From: an uncultured Candidatus Saccharibacteria bacterium
GTDB taxonomy: Bacteria > Patescibacteriota > Doudnabacteria > UBA920
Reading direction: 5' to 3'
Assembly (NCBI GenBank): GCA_964348935.1
Contig: CAYGEJ010000004.1
Location: 4,538-68,537, forward strand
DNA: 64,000 nt
Shown here piece by piece: positions 9,404 to 18,227 of this stretch; positions within the stretch are counted from its first letter, which is position 1, and each line of letters starts with the position of its first letter. The notes beneath the pieces are model-generated. The model ran no database searches, had not been told where the DNA came from, and saw only the letters and a list, made by a program, of their open reading frames with translations. Both the position numbers and the translations under genes were made by a program.

Positions 9404-9832
9404 TTATTTGTTTGGATAAAATTCAATTATCCACTCAATGCCATATCTATCTCTAAACATACCGGCGTAAGATCCCCAAGGACCATCGCCCATTGGACCT
9501 TCCACATCCCCACCGGCGGAGAGACCATTAAATATTTTATCTGCTTCTTCTTTGCTTTCTGCGTTTACGGAAATTTTACTTCTATTTTCTCGTTCGTTAA
9601 CCTTACCCATTACTTCAGGAACGTCATTTGCAATTAACATACTATTTTTACCTATTGGTAAAGCAATATACATTATTTTATTTTTTTCGTTTTCTGGTAC
9701 TGGAAATTCGGCACTTTCCAGGTCTTTAAAACGAACCACCTTTGTAAACTCTCCACCAAAGACAGATTTGTAAAAAGCAAAAGCTTCTTCAGCATTACCG
9801 TTAAAATTTATCCAAGGATTTATTGATGCCAT
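9404..9832 (-). CDS. PhnB-like / 3-demethylubiquinone-9 3-methyltransferase-like VOC family protein
   Basis: WINFNGNAEEAFAFYKSVFGGEF N-terminal motif. 142 aa. Confidence 0.7.
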   Translation of the reverse strand: MASINPWINFNGNAEEAFAFYKSVFGGEFTKVVRFKDLESAEFPVPENEKNKIMYIALPIGKNSMLIANDVPEVMGKVNERENRSKISVNAESKEEADKIFNGLSAGGDVEGPMGDGPWGSYAGMFRDRYGIEWIIEFYPNK

Positions 9833-9859
9833 ATTTTCATAATTATGTTATTTAAAATC

Positions 9860-10036
9860 TTAAGCTGCTTCAAAGCGAGCTTTGTTTTCTGCCATCCATT
9901 TTTGCATGTCGCCACTTGGGTCGTTCATAACTTCCGGATGAACTTCCATATAATGAGGCTGCAAGTTTTTCATCCAGTCTTCAAAAGTTTCCCCACTAGC
10001 CATGTAATCGCACAAGTCACATTTTAATGATTTCAT
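9860..10036 (-). CDS. Small metal-binding protein (DUF1059-like), 58 aa, not in the ORF track
   Basis: MKSLKCDLCDYMASGETFEDWMKNLQPHYMEVHPEV carries the C-x2-C ... GET ... H ... H pattern of DUF1059 proteins. Read from the minus strand by hand. Confidence 0.45.
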   Translation of the reverse strand: MKSLKCDLCDYMASGETFEDWMKNLQPHYMEVHPEVMNDPSGDMQKWMAENKARFEAA

Positions 10037-10207
10037 ATTTTATTAGTTTAATAATTTCTTTTATTATATCATCTTTTGGTCTTAAAACTCAATAAATTTT
10101 ATTTACTTAAATAAAAAACACCAGTAAATCCTAGTGTTTTTGAATGGCTCGGTACAGTTGACCTTGTTAGAAATTATTTTTCTGCGAACTTGCTATAATT
10201 ATGATAT

Positions 10208-10780
10208 ATGAAAGAAATCATCAGTGCTATCGCAGTAACTTTAACGCTTTTCGCTTATATCCCTTATTACCGAGATATTTTAAAAGGCAAAACACACCCG
10301 CATGTATACAGTTGGTCCTTGTGGGGACTCCTGACTATTTTGATTGTTATGCTTCAAATTAAAGGAGGTGCTGGACCCGCTACCTGGGTAACTGCCGCGG
10401 TAGGCTTGCCTTGTTTGGGAGTCGCTATCTTAAGTCTGAAGCGAGGTAAAAAAGATATTACTTTTGCAGATACAGTTACTACTGTTTTATCGTTGATAGC
10501 AATAGGCTTTTGGCTCATAGCCAATCAACCTACTGTTTCCATTATTTTGGTAGTCGTAGCGGACTTGTTGGCATTTTTTCCAACAGTACGTAAGTCTTGG
10601 GATAAACCATACACCGAAACACTATCCCTTTACGTAACCAATACACTCCGTTTTATTCTTACATTGTTGGCAGTTGAAAACTATACGATTTTATCATCAC
10701 TTTGGATAGTAGCATGGGCAATCGCAAATGGGCTATTTTCCATTATGCTAGTCATAAGGCGTAAATATAAAAGTGGATAG
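10208..10780 (+). CDS. Hypothetical polytopic membrane protein (190 aa)
   Basis: Five to six hydrophobic helices, followed by a bidirectional terminator. Confidence 0.55.
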   Translation: MKEIISAIAVTLTLFAYIPYYRDILKGKTHPHVYSWSLWGLLTILIVMLQIKGGAGPATWVTAAVGLPCLGVAILSLKRGKKDITFADTVTTVLSLIAIGFWLIANQPTVSIILVVVADLLAFFPTVRKSWDKPYTETLSLYVTNTLRFILTLLAVENYTILSSLWIVAWAIANGLFSIMLVIRRKYKSG

Positions 10781-10800
10781 TACATAATAGGTTAATTACA

Positions 10801-10831
10801 AAAACCACAATCAGAAGATTGTGGTTTTTGT
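10801..10831. terminator. Bidirectional intrinsic terminator (AAAACCACAATC AGAA GATTGTGGTTTT)
   Basis: Perfect 12-bp inverted repeat flanked by A and T tracts. Confidence 0.65.
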
Positions 10832-11080
10832 TTGGCTCCCTCCTTCGCTAAAGCTACGGCGGACAAGCGGGAGATGGGATTCCTTTTTGCTTGCCGCCCC
10901 ATTCCTGCCAAACAGAAGAATGGGGAACCCCGCTTTCCGACAAAAAGCCGCGGTGCTACACTCAAGAAGCTGCGCTCGCTCGCTTCTCTTCCGTCCCGTT
11001 TCGGGACTATCTCGCACCGTTCGAATCCTTGCTCCGACACATGAAAAAATGGACCAACACAAGGTTGATCCATTTTTTTA
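10832..11080. other. GC-rich, ORF-incoherent 250-bp segment directly 3' of tRNA-Asn. Candidate structured RNA or integration scar.
   Basis: Five overlapping ORFs in different frames (probably spurious). GNRA hairpin GTCCCGAAACGGGAC on the minus strand. A TTCGAATCC-like element that does not fold as a tRNA. Confidence 0.25.
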
Positions 11081-11155
11081 TGGCTCGGGAGCTGGGATTC
11101 GAACCCAGGACCCATCGGTTAACAGCCGATTGCTCTACCGCTGAGCTACTCCCGA
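11081..11155 (-). tRNA. tRNA-Asn (anticodon GTT), CCA encoded
   Basis: Reverse complement folds as acceptor TCGGGAG/CTCCCGA, D-arm GCTCAGCGGTAGAGC, anticodon stem ATCGG/CCGAT with loop CTGTTAA, T-arm GGGTCCTGGGTTCGAATCCCAG, discriminator G + CCA. Confidence 0.85.
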
Positions 11156-11194
11156 ACGATTATCTTACTATATTCTTTGGTTTAAAAAATTTCT

Positions 11195-11404
11195 TCAGAA
11201 TCCTGTTTTAAAATATTTCTCTCTTTTAAGAGACTTGTTTTTATCCAAACAGGCTTCATAATAAACCAACTTTAAAGGTCTTCTATTTTTTGTGGATTCT
11301 ACAAAACCTTTATTATGATTTGCTACTCTATTTTTTAAATCGTTGGTCCAGCCTATATACAAATTATCATCTTTTAGGCTTTTTAATACGTAAGTATAAT
11401 ACAT
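11195..11404 (-). CDS. GIY-YIG nuclease superfamily protein (YhbQ-like), probably C-terminally short
   Basis: YTYVLKS...LYIGWTNDLKNRVANHNKG motif. 69 aa, against roughly 90-100 aa for typical family members. Confidence 0.7.
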   Translation of the reverse strand: MYYTYVLKSLKDDNLYIGWTNDLKNRVANHNKGFVESTKNRRPLKLVYYEACLDKNKSLKREKYFKTGF

Positions 11405-11665
11405 AATTTTAAGCTACCCCACCTGCCAACGACTGAGCCGTAGGCGATGGCGGGCAGGTCCCGAACATTGTATTTTTGGTTCAGTCCTAAAATTAGCTTC
11501 TAGGTATTAAACCCTATATATTTACTAACTTTTGATAGTTTAACAAATATTTGAAAATATATCAACCTCTTGAAAAATAGCTAATTTAGGTATATTATTG
11601 AAATTCGGTTAGCGATTGCCCGCGTAATAATACCGACAAATACACACCAGTGGCACTACTGGAAA

Positions 11666-12535
11666 ATGAATAGAGGAATAGAAATGTCTTGGTCTAGCCC
11701 TGTCCTACACCCCACAGTTGAGCAGTACCGTAAAAATGGACTGGTCTACTACAGAGTAGCCAACGCCTATTGCACGGGTACTGTACACCAGCAAGGTGCG
11801 CACGTGACCGAATACTCCCCCGGAATGCACAAACCGGTACTGTGGATGAGCGAACTGTCCAACTTCGAACCCGGAAAGCCTTTTCGTGGCGGGATCCCCA
11901 TCTGCTTTCCTTGGTTTGGCAAAGGCCCAAATGGTGACATGGAACCCCTTCACGGCCCTGTCCGGATCGCTAACTGGCAACTGGAAAAAAATACCCTGAA
12001 TCACTACGGAGAGACCAAGCTGGTGTTTTACTACAGCGAACCGGAAATGTTCATTCTCCGGTATTCCGTAGTGTTCGGTAGTGCTCTTACCACCACCCTG
12101 GAAATTAAAAACTCCAGCACCAAAAACATCCACTCGTACGAGGCCATGCTTCACAACTACTTTGCAGTTAAGGACGCACAAAAAACTTACGTTACCGGAC
12201 TCGGGAGCGTGCCGTACCTGAACCGTATAAACAACGAGCAAACTCAAGGGGAACCTACGGCAACTTTTTTCAATCAACGGATTGACCGGCTGTACAATAA
12301 CCGGAACACTCTAAGAATAAGTGACACCGTCAACAATCGCATTATTACCACCGACTGTGACGGTATGAAATCAACCTGCCTGTGGAACCCCGGACCGGAC
12401 ATGAAGTTCGACGACATAAAACCCGATGGCTGGAAAGACTTCGTCTGCGTGGAAAACGGGAATGCGAGTGACCAAATTATTTCACTTCAACCCGGAAGCA
12501 CCTGCTACCTCAAGCAAACCATTTCTGTGGTGTAA
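11666..12535 (+). CDS. Aldose 1-epimerase family protein (YeaD-like D-hexose-6-phosphate mutarotase), GC-rich gene
   Basis: GGIPICFPWFG signature. 289 aa. GC content clearly above the flanks. Confidence 0.75.
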   Translation: MNRGIEMSWSSPVLHPTVEQYRKNGLVYYRVANAYCTGTVHQQGAHVTEYSPGMHKPVLWMSELSNFEPGKPFRGGIPICFPWFGKGPNGDMEPLHGPVRIANWQLEKNTLNHYGETKLVFYYSEPEMFILRYSVVFGSALTTTLEIKNSSTKNIHSYEAMLHNYFAVKDAQKTYVTGLGSVPYLNRINNEQTQGEPTATFFNQRIDRLYNNRNTLRISDTVNNRIITTDCDGMKSTCLWNPGPDMKFDDIKPDGWKDFVCVENGNASDQIISLQPGSTCYLKQTISVV

Positions 12536-12548
12536 AACTTCAACCCAT

Positions 12549-12600
12549 CAGCTAGCATCGCCCGTCCTCCAAGGACGCGCCGATGCTAGCTGTATTTTTT
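12549..12600 (+). terminator. Intrinsic terminator (CAGCTAGCATCG ... CGATGCTAGCTG + TATTTTTT)
   Basis: 12-bp perfect inverted repeat with a nested inner stem, then a T-tract. Confidence 0.65.
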
Positions 12601-12632
12601 ACTCTATAATATTCTAAGTGTATAATTAAATT

Positions 12633-12902
12633 ATGAATAGTTCTAACTATACCTTAATTGACGTACGGGAACCAGACGAATTTGAGCGTGAGCATTTGCA
12701 GGGTGCAATTAATATCCCCTCGGAAAGTCTAATGTCCGGTGCTCCGGAATTGAAAAATATTCCTAAAGATACCAACCTCTTAATCTATTGTCGTACCGGT
12801 AGCCGGTCACAAATTGCTATAAATATATTTCGTTCTATGGGCTATACTAACTTGATAAACGGTATTAACAAAGACATAGCACATGACCGATTCGGGGTTT
12901 AA
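12633..12902 (+). CDS. Rhodanese-domain sulfurtransferase (single domain)
   Basis: Active-site loop YCRTGSRS and rhodanese fold pattern. 89 aa. Confidence 0.8.
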   Translation: MNSSNYTLIDVREPDEFEREHLQGAINIPSESLMSGAPELKNIPKDTNLLIYCRTGSRSQIAINIFRSMGYTNLINGINKDIAHDRFGV

Positions 12903-12967
12903 CGTACTTTAATTTGTTTAAAATAAGAGTATAATTATAGTGTGCAAAAAAATTAAAATATAAAAAA

Positions 12968-13336
12968 ATGACAAACGAAAAAAAGGTAGAATGGCTACTT
13001 AGAATTGGAGTAGCCGGAGAGTTCTTAGGTCACGGTCTTCTTGCCATAGACAAAAAGGCTGACTGGGTTAAATGGATAGGGCAAATACTCCATACTAACC
13101 CGGAAACCTCGGCCACCCTACTTATACTTATTGGGATAACCGACGTAATTGTGGCATTAATTGTTTTAACTAAACCTATAAAACCCGTGTTGCTCTGGGC
13201 AGCTTTTTGGGGTTTCTGGACAGCCTTAGTCAGGCCACTGGTTGGACAATCCTGGTTGGACTTTATTGAACGCTTCGCCAATTGGGCCGCTCCCCTGGCA
13301 TTATACTTTTTTTACCAATCAAAAAATAACAAGTAA
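12968..13336 (+). CDS. DoxX-like small membrane protein
   Basis: Three to four TM helices (GVAGEFLGHGLLAI...). A diverged remnant of its C-terminus recurs at 22084..22167. Confidence 0.5.
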   Translation: MTNEKKVEWLLRIGVAGEFLGHGLLAIDKKADWVKWIGQILHTNPETSATLLILIGITDVIVALIVLTKPIKPVLLWAAFWGFWTALVRPLVGQSWLDFIERFANWAAPLALYFFYQSKNNK

Positions 13337-13353
13337 AGATTTCCCATATAAAA

Positions 13354-13758
13354 TTGGATAATTCTATGAATATTCATAACGAATTGCTTTTTACTATCTC
13401 CATAATTGGACTCCTAGACACCTTATACCTTTCTTATCACTCCATTACTAAGACAGACGTGGCTTGTTGGTTTTTTCCAAAAGAATGGTGCCAAAAAGTT
13501 CAATACAGCAGTTACAGTAAAACATTTGGCATCCCCAACCCTTACCTAGGACTCTTAATGTATACTATTATTTTAGTATTACTTTTTAACCCTCTACTTG
13601 CTCCAACTTGGGTATTGCCTTTTATAATAATATTCGGCTTTGCCTTTTCCATGTACTTTACCTTTATTCAAATGTTTATACTCAGAGCTTTTTGCACTTG
13701 GTGCGTAGTTTCTGCAATAAACTTTACCATAATGTTTATTTCACTGTGGTTTAAATAA
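13354..13758 (+). CDS. Vitamin K epoxide reductase (VKOR) family membrane protein
   Basis: Loop cysteine pair (VACWFFPKEWC) and a C-terminal CxxC in a TM helix (FCTWCVVS). About 134 aa, four TM helices. Confidence 0.6.
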   Translation: MDNSMNIHNELLFTISIIGLLDTLYLSYHSITKTDVACWFFPKEWCQKVQYSSYSKTFGIPNPYLGLLMYTIILVLLFNPLLAPTWVLPFIIIFGFAFSMYFTFIQMFILRAFCTWCVVSAINFTIMFISLWFK

Positions 13759-13765
13759 ATATTTT

Positions 13766-14134
13766 ATGCAGCATAACTCAAAATCAGTAACAACTATTAA
13801 CAGCTACATTAAGTTGTTCCCAAAAGAGTTGCAAAAAACTTTAACCCAATTAAAACAGCTTATAAAATCCGTTGCCCCGCAGGCCGAAGAAGCCATAAAG
13901 TACCAAATGCCAACATTTGTTCTCAAAGGGAAAAATTTAGTCCATTTTGCCAGTTATCAAAAACACATTGGTTTTTATCCTACCCCCTCACCCATCTCGT
14001 TATTTAAAAAGGAGCTCTCGGGTTACAAAACCTCAAAAGGAGCAATTCAATTTCCAATCGAGCAGCCACTCCCTTTGAAACTGATAAAAAAAATTACCAA
14101 ATACCGCGTAAAAGAAATTTCTAATAAATTATAA
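13766..14134 (+). CDS. DUF1801 (YdhG-like) domain protein
   Basis: PQAEEAIKYQMPTF...HIGFYP pattern. Confidence 0.6.
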   Translation: MQHNSKSVTTINSYIKLFPKELQKTLTQLKQLIKSVAPQAEEAIKYQMPTFVLKGKNLVHFASYQKHIGFYPTPSPISLFKKELSGYKTSKGAIQFPIEQPLPLKLIKKITKYRVKEISNKL

Positions 14135-14249
14135 ATTAGATGTCCGTTCATGGGTGGCCATTAATTTTAGCAATATTAATTAGTACTTTTAGCTATTTAT
14201 GTTCGTTAAATAAATATTTTTTAACTAACTTAAAATTAATAACACAATA

Positions 14250-14720
14250 ATGCAAAAAATTACTCCTTTCCTATGGTTTAACAATTTGGCCGAAGAAGCC
14301 GTAAATTTTTACATTAACCTTTTCTCCGGAAAAGATAGTGAGACTAAAATCCTTAACAAAATCCCTGGTCCAAATGGAACTGTTATGGGTTTAAGTTTCC
14401 AACTTTTTGGTCAACATTTTCAAGCTTTAAACGGAGGTCCACAATTCCCCTTTACTGAGGCAATATCGCTCTACGTTTCTTGTGACACACAGGAAGAAGT
14501 TAATGAATACTGGGACAAATTTATTTCTGGTGGCGGAACTGAAAGTAACTGTGGCTGGCTTAAAGACAAATTTGGACTTTCTTGGCAAATAATACCTAAA
14601 CAACTTAGTCAAATGCTTGGCGACTCAGACCGTGAAAAAGCTAACCGCGTCATGCAAGCTATGCTTAAAATGAAGAAGATAGATATAAATACCTTAAAAA
14701 TTGCGTATGAGCAAAAGTAG
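14250..14720 (+). CDS. PhnB-like / 3-demethylubiquinone-9 3-methyltransferase-like VOC family protein
   Basis: ITPFLWFNNLAEEAVNFYINLF. Third paralog in the window. Confidence 0.7.
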   Translation: MQKITPFLWFNNLAEEAVNFYINLFSGKDSETKILNKIPGPNGTVMGLSFQLFGQHFQALNGGPQFPFTEAISLYVSCDTQEEVNEYWDKFISGGGTESNCGWLKDKFGLSWQIIPKQLSQMLGDSDREKANRVMQAMLKMKKIDINTLKIAYEQK

Positions 14721-15618
14721 AGAATTTATTAACCGACTTCATACAGAATTTCCCGAATCCAAAATTCGTCCGATTAAGGAACAAATAAAAGCTGGGGAAG
14801 AAATACCTGAAGACACCCATACTAAAGCAGAAATTAATGCAATTACTGCTTTGTTAATAGAAGAAACTTGGAAAAAAACCTCCCGAGATATCAACTTAGA
14901 GCCCCCGGGTATAGCTATTCGACCTGAACCAAATTTGACAACACCACCTCATGTTTATAATCTTGAAGAAACAGAGCAATTTGTAAACAAATTTAAAAAA
15001 CAACCCAAAGAATTATTTCGATTCATTAAAAATGGAACTACAGGCTTTGTAATTTTAAAATTTAATGAGTGGCAACCAGATAATTTACAAGCATTTAATA
15101 GGTTAGAAACTTTGTTAAAGAAACAAAGTGGCATCCCGACAAGTATTCACACCCCAAGACAGCACATATCAAGAGGTGTAAATACCGCCATGTTCAGTAT
15201 ATGGGAAACCATTGCAGTTATTCCTGAGGTTTATAAAAATCAATACAAAAGACCGATGCAAAAAGATGAATTTATAAAACTAGCCCAAAATAGCCTACCC
15301 TTAATTTATACCATTGCCAGTTCTCATTTAGATGTTTTTATAGAAATTGAACCAGGATATACAGGATTCACTTCAGAAAACAACAACCTTAAAAAATTTG
15401 TAGCACAGAACTTTTATTACATTGAAAAAGGTGAGGATAAAAAATTAGAGCTAACCGAAAAAACACTACAAAATATAAATATACCATATAATACAGAAAC
15501 CCCTAGGACAGGCTGTCCTGCCATTTATGCCATTGGTCCAAACAAGAAAAATGTAATTGCAGAAATGTCTGACTGGCTAATAGATTTAGCTAACAAATAC
15601 TATATTCCAAATATTTAA
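14707..15618 (+). CDS. Hypothetical protein (about 303 aa)
   Basis: Long ORF. Start taken at MSKSREF to limit overlap with the previous gene. No motif recognised. Confidence 0.45.
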   Translation: MSKSREFINRLHTEFPESKIRPIKEQIKAGEEIPEDTHTKAEINAITALLIEETWKKTSRDINLEPPGIAIRPEPNLTTPPHVYNLEETEQFVNKFKKQPKELFRFIKNGTTGFVILKFNEWQPDNLQAFNRLETLLKKQSGIPTSIHTPRQHISRGVNTAMFSIWETIAVIPEVYKNQYKRPMQKDEFIKLAQNSLPLIYTIASSHLDVFIEIEPGYTGFTSENNNLKKFVAQNFYYIEKGEDKKLELTEKTLQNINIPYNTETPRTGCPAIYAIGPNKKNVIAEMSDWLIDLANKYYIPNI

Positions 15619-15629
15619 TATTATAAGAA

Positions 15630-15662
15630 AAACAGCCTCGCTCTAGCCGAGGCTGTTTTTTG
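15630..15662. terminator. Bidirectional intrinsic terminator (AACAGCCTCG ... CGAGGCTGTT + TTTT)
   Basis: 10-bp inverted repeat between convergent genes. Confidence 0.65.
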
Positions 15663-15703
15663 CAAATATAAAACTTCTAATAGAAGGTTATTGCTTTAAA
15701 ATA

Positions 15704-17188
15704 TTATTTGGCAGGAACGGTCTCGTTCATAATGTTAACCGGTCCGCCTCCTGAGTTGTTTAATAACTCTTTTACCAAAGGCACTACAATATGCTTCGGC
15801 AGATAGACTTGTCCTATTTTCTCAGGAGTTCTCACTGGGAAGACATAAGCCGGAACATACAACTCTTTAGAGGCACCGTTTGCAAAATGCCAAATTTGCA
15901 CTAGTTCTAATTTTGGAGTCCCTAATTCTACAGTTAATGTCTCCGCACCCTCTTGCGAGTAAGGAAGATAGTTTCTAAACCCACCAGTTTCGGCAATTTT
16001 AATAATTCTCGACTGATCGGTTTCTCCTTGATAGTTAGACTGCTCGTACTTGCGACTAAATAATCCATAAACTCCGTTAACTCTTTGGTTTCTTGCATCC
16101 ACACTCACAGATATTCCGGTTGGGTTTCCACCTTCGTCCAAAACCGATTTACCTTCTATAATTAATGGAAACACCACACTAACAGAATCGGGAATATAAA
16201 AACTAGACTTGTCGGCGCTTCGTTCGTAATCTTGCAACCAATCTTTTTGAACTATTGGGTCACTGTAACCCGCTAAAGGCACTCCGTATTCTGTTAGAAA
16301 ATTCTTGGCAATCCCTAGCACCACAGAATCTTCAGGAATATCTGACAACTTTACCCTGTACTGCCTGTAGCAGTCTTCAGATTGGCAGGAAGCTTCCGGA
16401 TGAGGCCATTTTTCCCAGTTCTGATAAATATTTATACTTCCTTGAGTTAAATCTACGCTCACCCCGTAACCAAACTCCTTGTCTTCGCTTAAAGTAAAGT
16501 TTTGTAATTTTACTTGAGTGAATTTATTAATATTAATTAAACCGAAACTAAACTTTTTTATTAAATCTACAACCCCGCTTTTACCGCTGTCGGTTAGCCT
16601 GCGAAGCACAGATTGTTCGCCAGCCAATTCAGGAAGCTTGTCGCCAACATAAGTATATTTTAAATTCTGCATTGGCGGGACAAATCCCATATCGCCTCCG
16701 CCGCCTATACCAATTTTTGGATCAATAGCACTTAAAGATGAGCCTCCACCACCTAACCCCCCTCCACCACTTTGATTTCTAAATCCAGTCTGTTCATTTA
16801 AAGCCAAACTACCAAAAGCGTTACCTGAAGATTTGGTTATTTCCACTTTTGAACTCAAAATTTCAGTTACTTGCTGAGGGAAAACTTCGGGTTTGGTTCT
16901 AAAATAGCCAAACACAGCCACCGCAACCACCACAGTCAACGCACCGCTAAAAATATAACTAAATTTGCTTGTTTTATTGTCGTTCATATAAGTTTGATTA
17001 GTACTGATTAAACTGGCCTTGGCCTCTAACTTCTTTCGCAAATTCTTTGCAAAAGTTTCATCTACACTCACATTCGGTTTTGTAGCTATTAACTCGGCAA
17101 TTAATTGCCCCAGTTGTTTTTCATATTTTTTTAACTCCGGATCTATAACATAAAGCTCCGAAATAATTTGATTAATTAGTTGTTCCAT
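15704..17188 (-). CDS. Putative anti-sigma factor-like membrane protein. N-terminal cytoplasmic region, one TM helix, Gly-rich linker, C-terminal extracytoplasmic domain.
   Basis: Overlaps the ECF sigma gene stop (17176..17188). Single TM FSYIFSGALTVVVAVAVFGYF. GGGGLGGGGSS low-complexity linker. Confidence 0.5.
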   Translation of the reverse strand: MEQLINQIISELYVIDPELKKYEKQLGQLIAELIATKPNVSVDETFAKNLRKKLEAKASLISTNQTYMNDNKTSKFSYIFSGALTVVVAVAVFGYFRTKPEVFPQQVTEILSSKVEITKSSGNAFGSLALNEQTGFRNQSGGGGLGGGGSSLSAIDPKIGIGGGGDMGFVPPMQNLKYTYVGDKLPELAGEQSVLRRLTDSGKSGVVDLIKKFSFGLININKFTQVKLQNFTLSEDKEFGYGVSVDLTQGSINIYQNWEKWPHPEASCQSEDCYRQYRVKLSDIPEDSVVLGIAKNFLTEYGVPLAGYSDPIVQKDWLQDYERSADKSSFYIPDSVSVVFPLIIEGKSVLDEGGNPTGISVSVDARNQRVNGVYGLFSRKYEQSNYQGETDQSRIIKIAETGGFRNYLPYSQEGAETLTVELGTPKLELVQIWHFANGASKELYVPAYVFPVRTPEKIGQVYLPKHIVVPLVKELLNNSGGGPVNIMNETVPAK

Positions 17189-17748
17189 AAATTTTGTAAA
17201 ATTAACATGTAAATTAAAACTTGGGGCATATCTTGTGACAGCTGGGACATTACTCTAGAAAAAATCATTTTGGAATTCGCCTCGCTTATCTCCAATATGC
17301 TGGCAATTTCTTTATGAGACAGCCCGTCCCAAACTCTCATAATAACAATATCACGCTGACGAGCAGGTAAAGATTTTAAATAACTCTTAACCATTGCTAG
17401 TTTTTCTTTAGAATCAAATTCAGATTCTATATTAGTTCCGTCGGGCATATCCCAAACGTCTTCAATATTTAACACTTCTTTTTTAGTACGATAGTGGTCA
17501 ATTAAGCTATTCTTGGCAATTTGGAATAACCAGGTAGAAAATCCGGCCTTGGCTTTATCATAGTCGGAAAAATTTTCCAAAACCTTGGTAAATACCAAGC
17601 TAGTTATATCTTCCGCTGTTTCTTTATGCAAGGTACGAAAATAAATAAACTGATATATTTTTTTATAATAAGCGTCAAATAAAAGTCCAAACCTGTCCAA
17701 ATTTCCTTTATGACACTCCGCCACCACTGTCTCTAATTCAAATTCCAT
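17176..17748 (-). CDS. RNA polymerase ECF-type sigma factor (sigma-70 family group IV)
   Basis: Region 2 (IAKNSLIDHYR) and region 4 HTH (LPARQRDIVIMRVWDGLSHKEIASILEISEANSKMIFSR). Confidence 0.85.
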   Translation of the reverse strand: MEFELETVVAECHKGNLDRFGLLFDAYYKKIYQFIYFRTLHKETAEDITSLVFTKVLENFSDYDKAKAGFSTWLFQIAKNSLIDHYRTKKEVLNIEDVWDMPDGTNIESEFDSKEKLAMVKSYLKSLPARQRDIVIMRVWDGLSHKEIASILEISEANSKMIFSRVMSQLSQDMPQVLIYMLILQNLWNN

Positions 17749-17896
17749 ATCTGCTAGATGATTTAATCATTAATACATTAATTATACCCTATGTTTTGAG
17801 TATGCACTTTTCCACTTCCTACCAAGTTCCTTTCATAACATTATACGAGCCTAAAGCCAAAAAGTAACAACTTCACAAGACTGTGGAAAACAGGGC

Positions 17897-17925
17897 TTGA
17901 CATATACCCCCTAGGGGTATATAAT
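17897..17925 (+). promoter_or_regulatory. Consensus sigma70 promoter TTGACA-17-TATAAT. Its spacer is a near-perfect palindrome ATACCCC(C)TAGGGGTAT, a candidate CsoR/RcnR-family operator.
   Basis: TTGACA 17897-17902, spacer TATACCCCCTAGGGGTA, TATAAT 17920-17925. It lies 27 nt upstream of the csoR-like start. Confidence 0.6.
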
Positions 17926-17951
17926 ACAAATAATTATTAATTCTCTAAATT

Positions 17952-18218
17952 ATGCAGAAACATTACCAAAGTAAACTAAGTAGTCATTTGCACAGAATTC
18001 AAGGACAATTGCAAGGCTTGGAACGTATGCTCGACAACAATAAATACTGTGTAGATATTATTATTCAATCCCGGGCAATTCAGAAATCTTTAGAAAGCTT
18101 TAATCAATCCTTGTTAAAAAACCATTTGGAAGAACATGTAGCCCACCAATTTACTCACGGGCAAACCGCCAAGGCTGTTAGTGAACTTCTAAATATTTAT
18201 AACTTGCATAACAAATAA
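17952..18218 (+). CDS. csoR: CsoR/RcnR family metal-sensing transcriptional repressor
   Basis: 88 aa. Fingerprint residues His4, Cys33, His58, His62 with the 25/4 spacing characteristic of the family (an H-C-H-H, RcnR-like set). Confidence 0.75.
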   Translation: MQKHYQSKLSSHLHRIQGQLQGLERMLDNNKYCVDIIIQSRAIQKSLESFNQSLLKNHLEEHVAHQFTHGQTAKAVSELLNIYNLHNK

Positions 18219-18227
18219 CAACATTTT

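Noticed and set aside
10990-11045. TTCGAATCC element suggesting a second tRNA next to tRNA-Asn
   Set aside because: Flanking bases do not form a 5-bp T-stem, and no acceptor, D or anticodon arms can be drawn on either strand.
10792-11211. Five overlapping ORFs of 70-107 aa on both strands
   Set aside because: They are mutually exclusive frames over a GC-rich non-coding segment and over tRNA-Asn. None has an RBS. They are a composition artefact.
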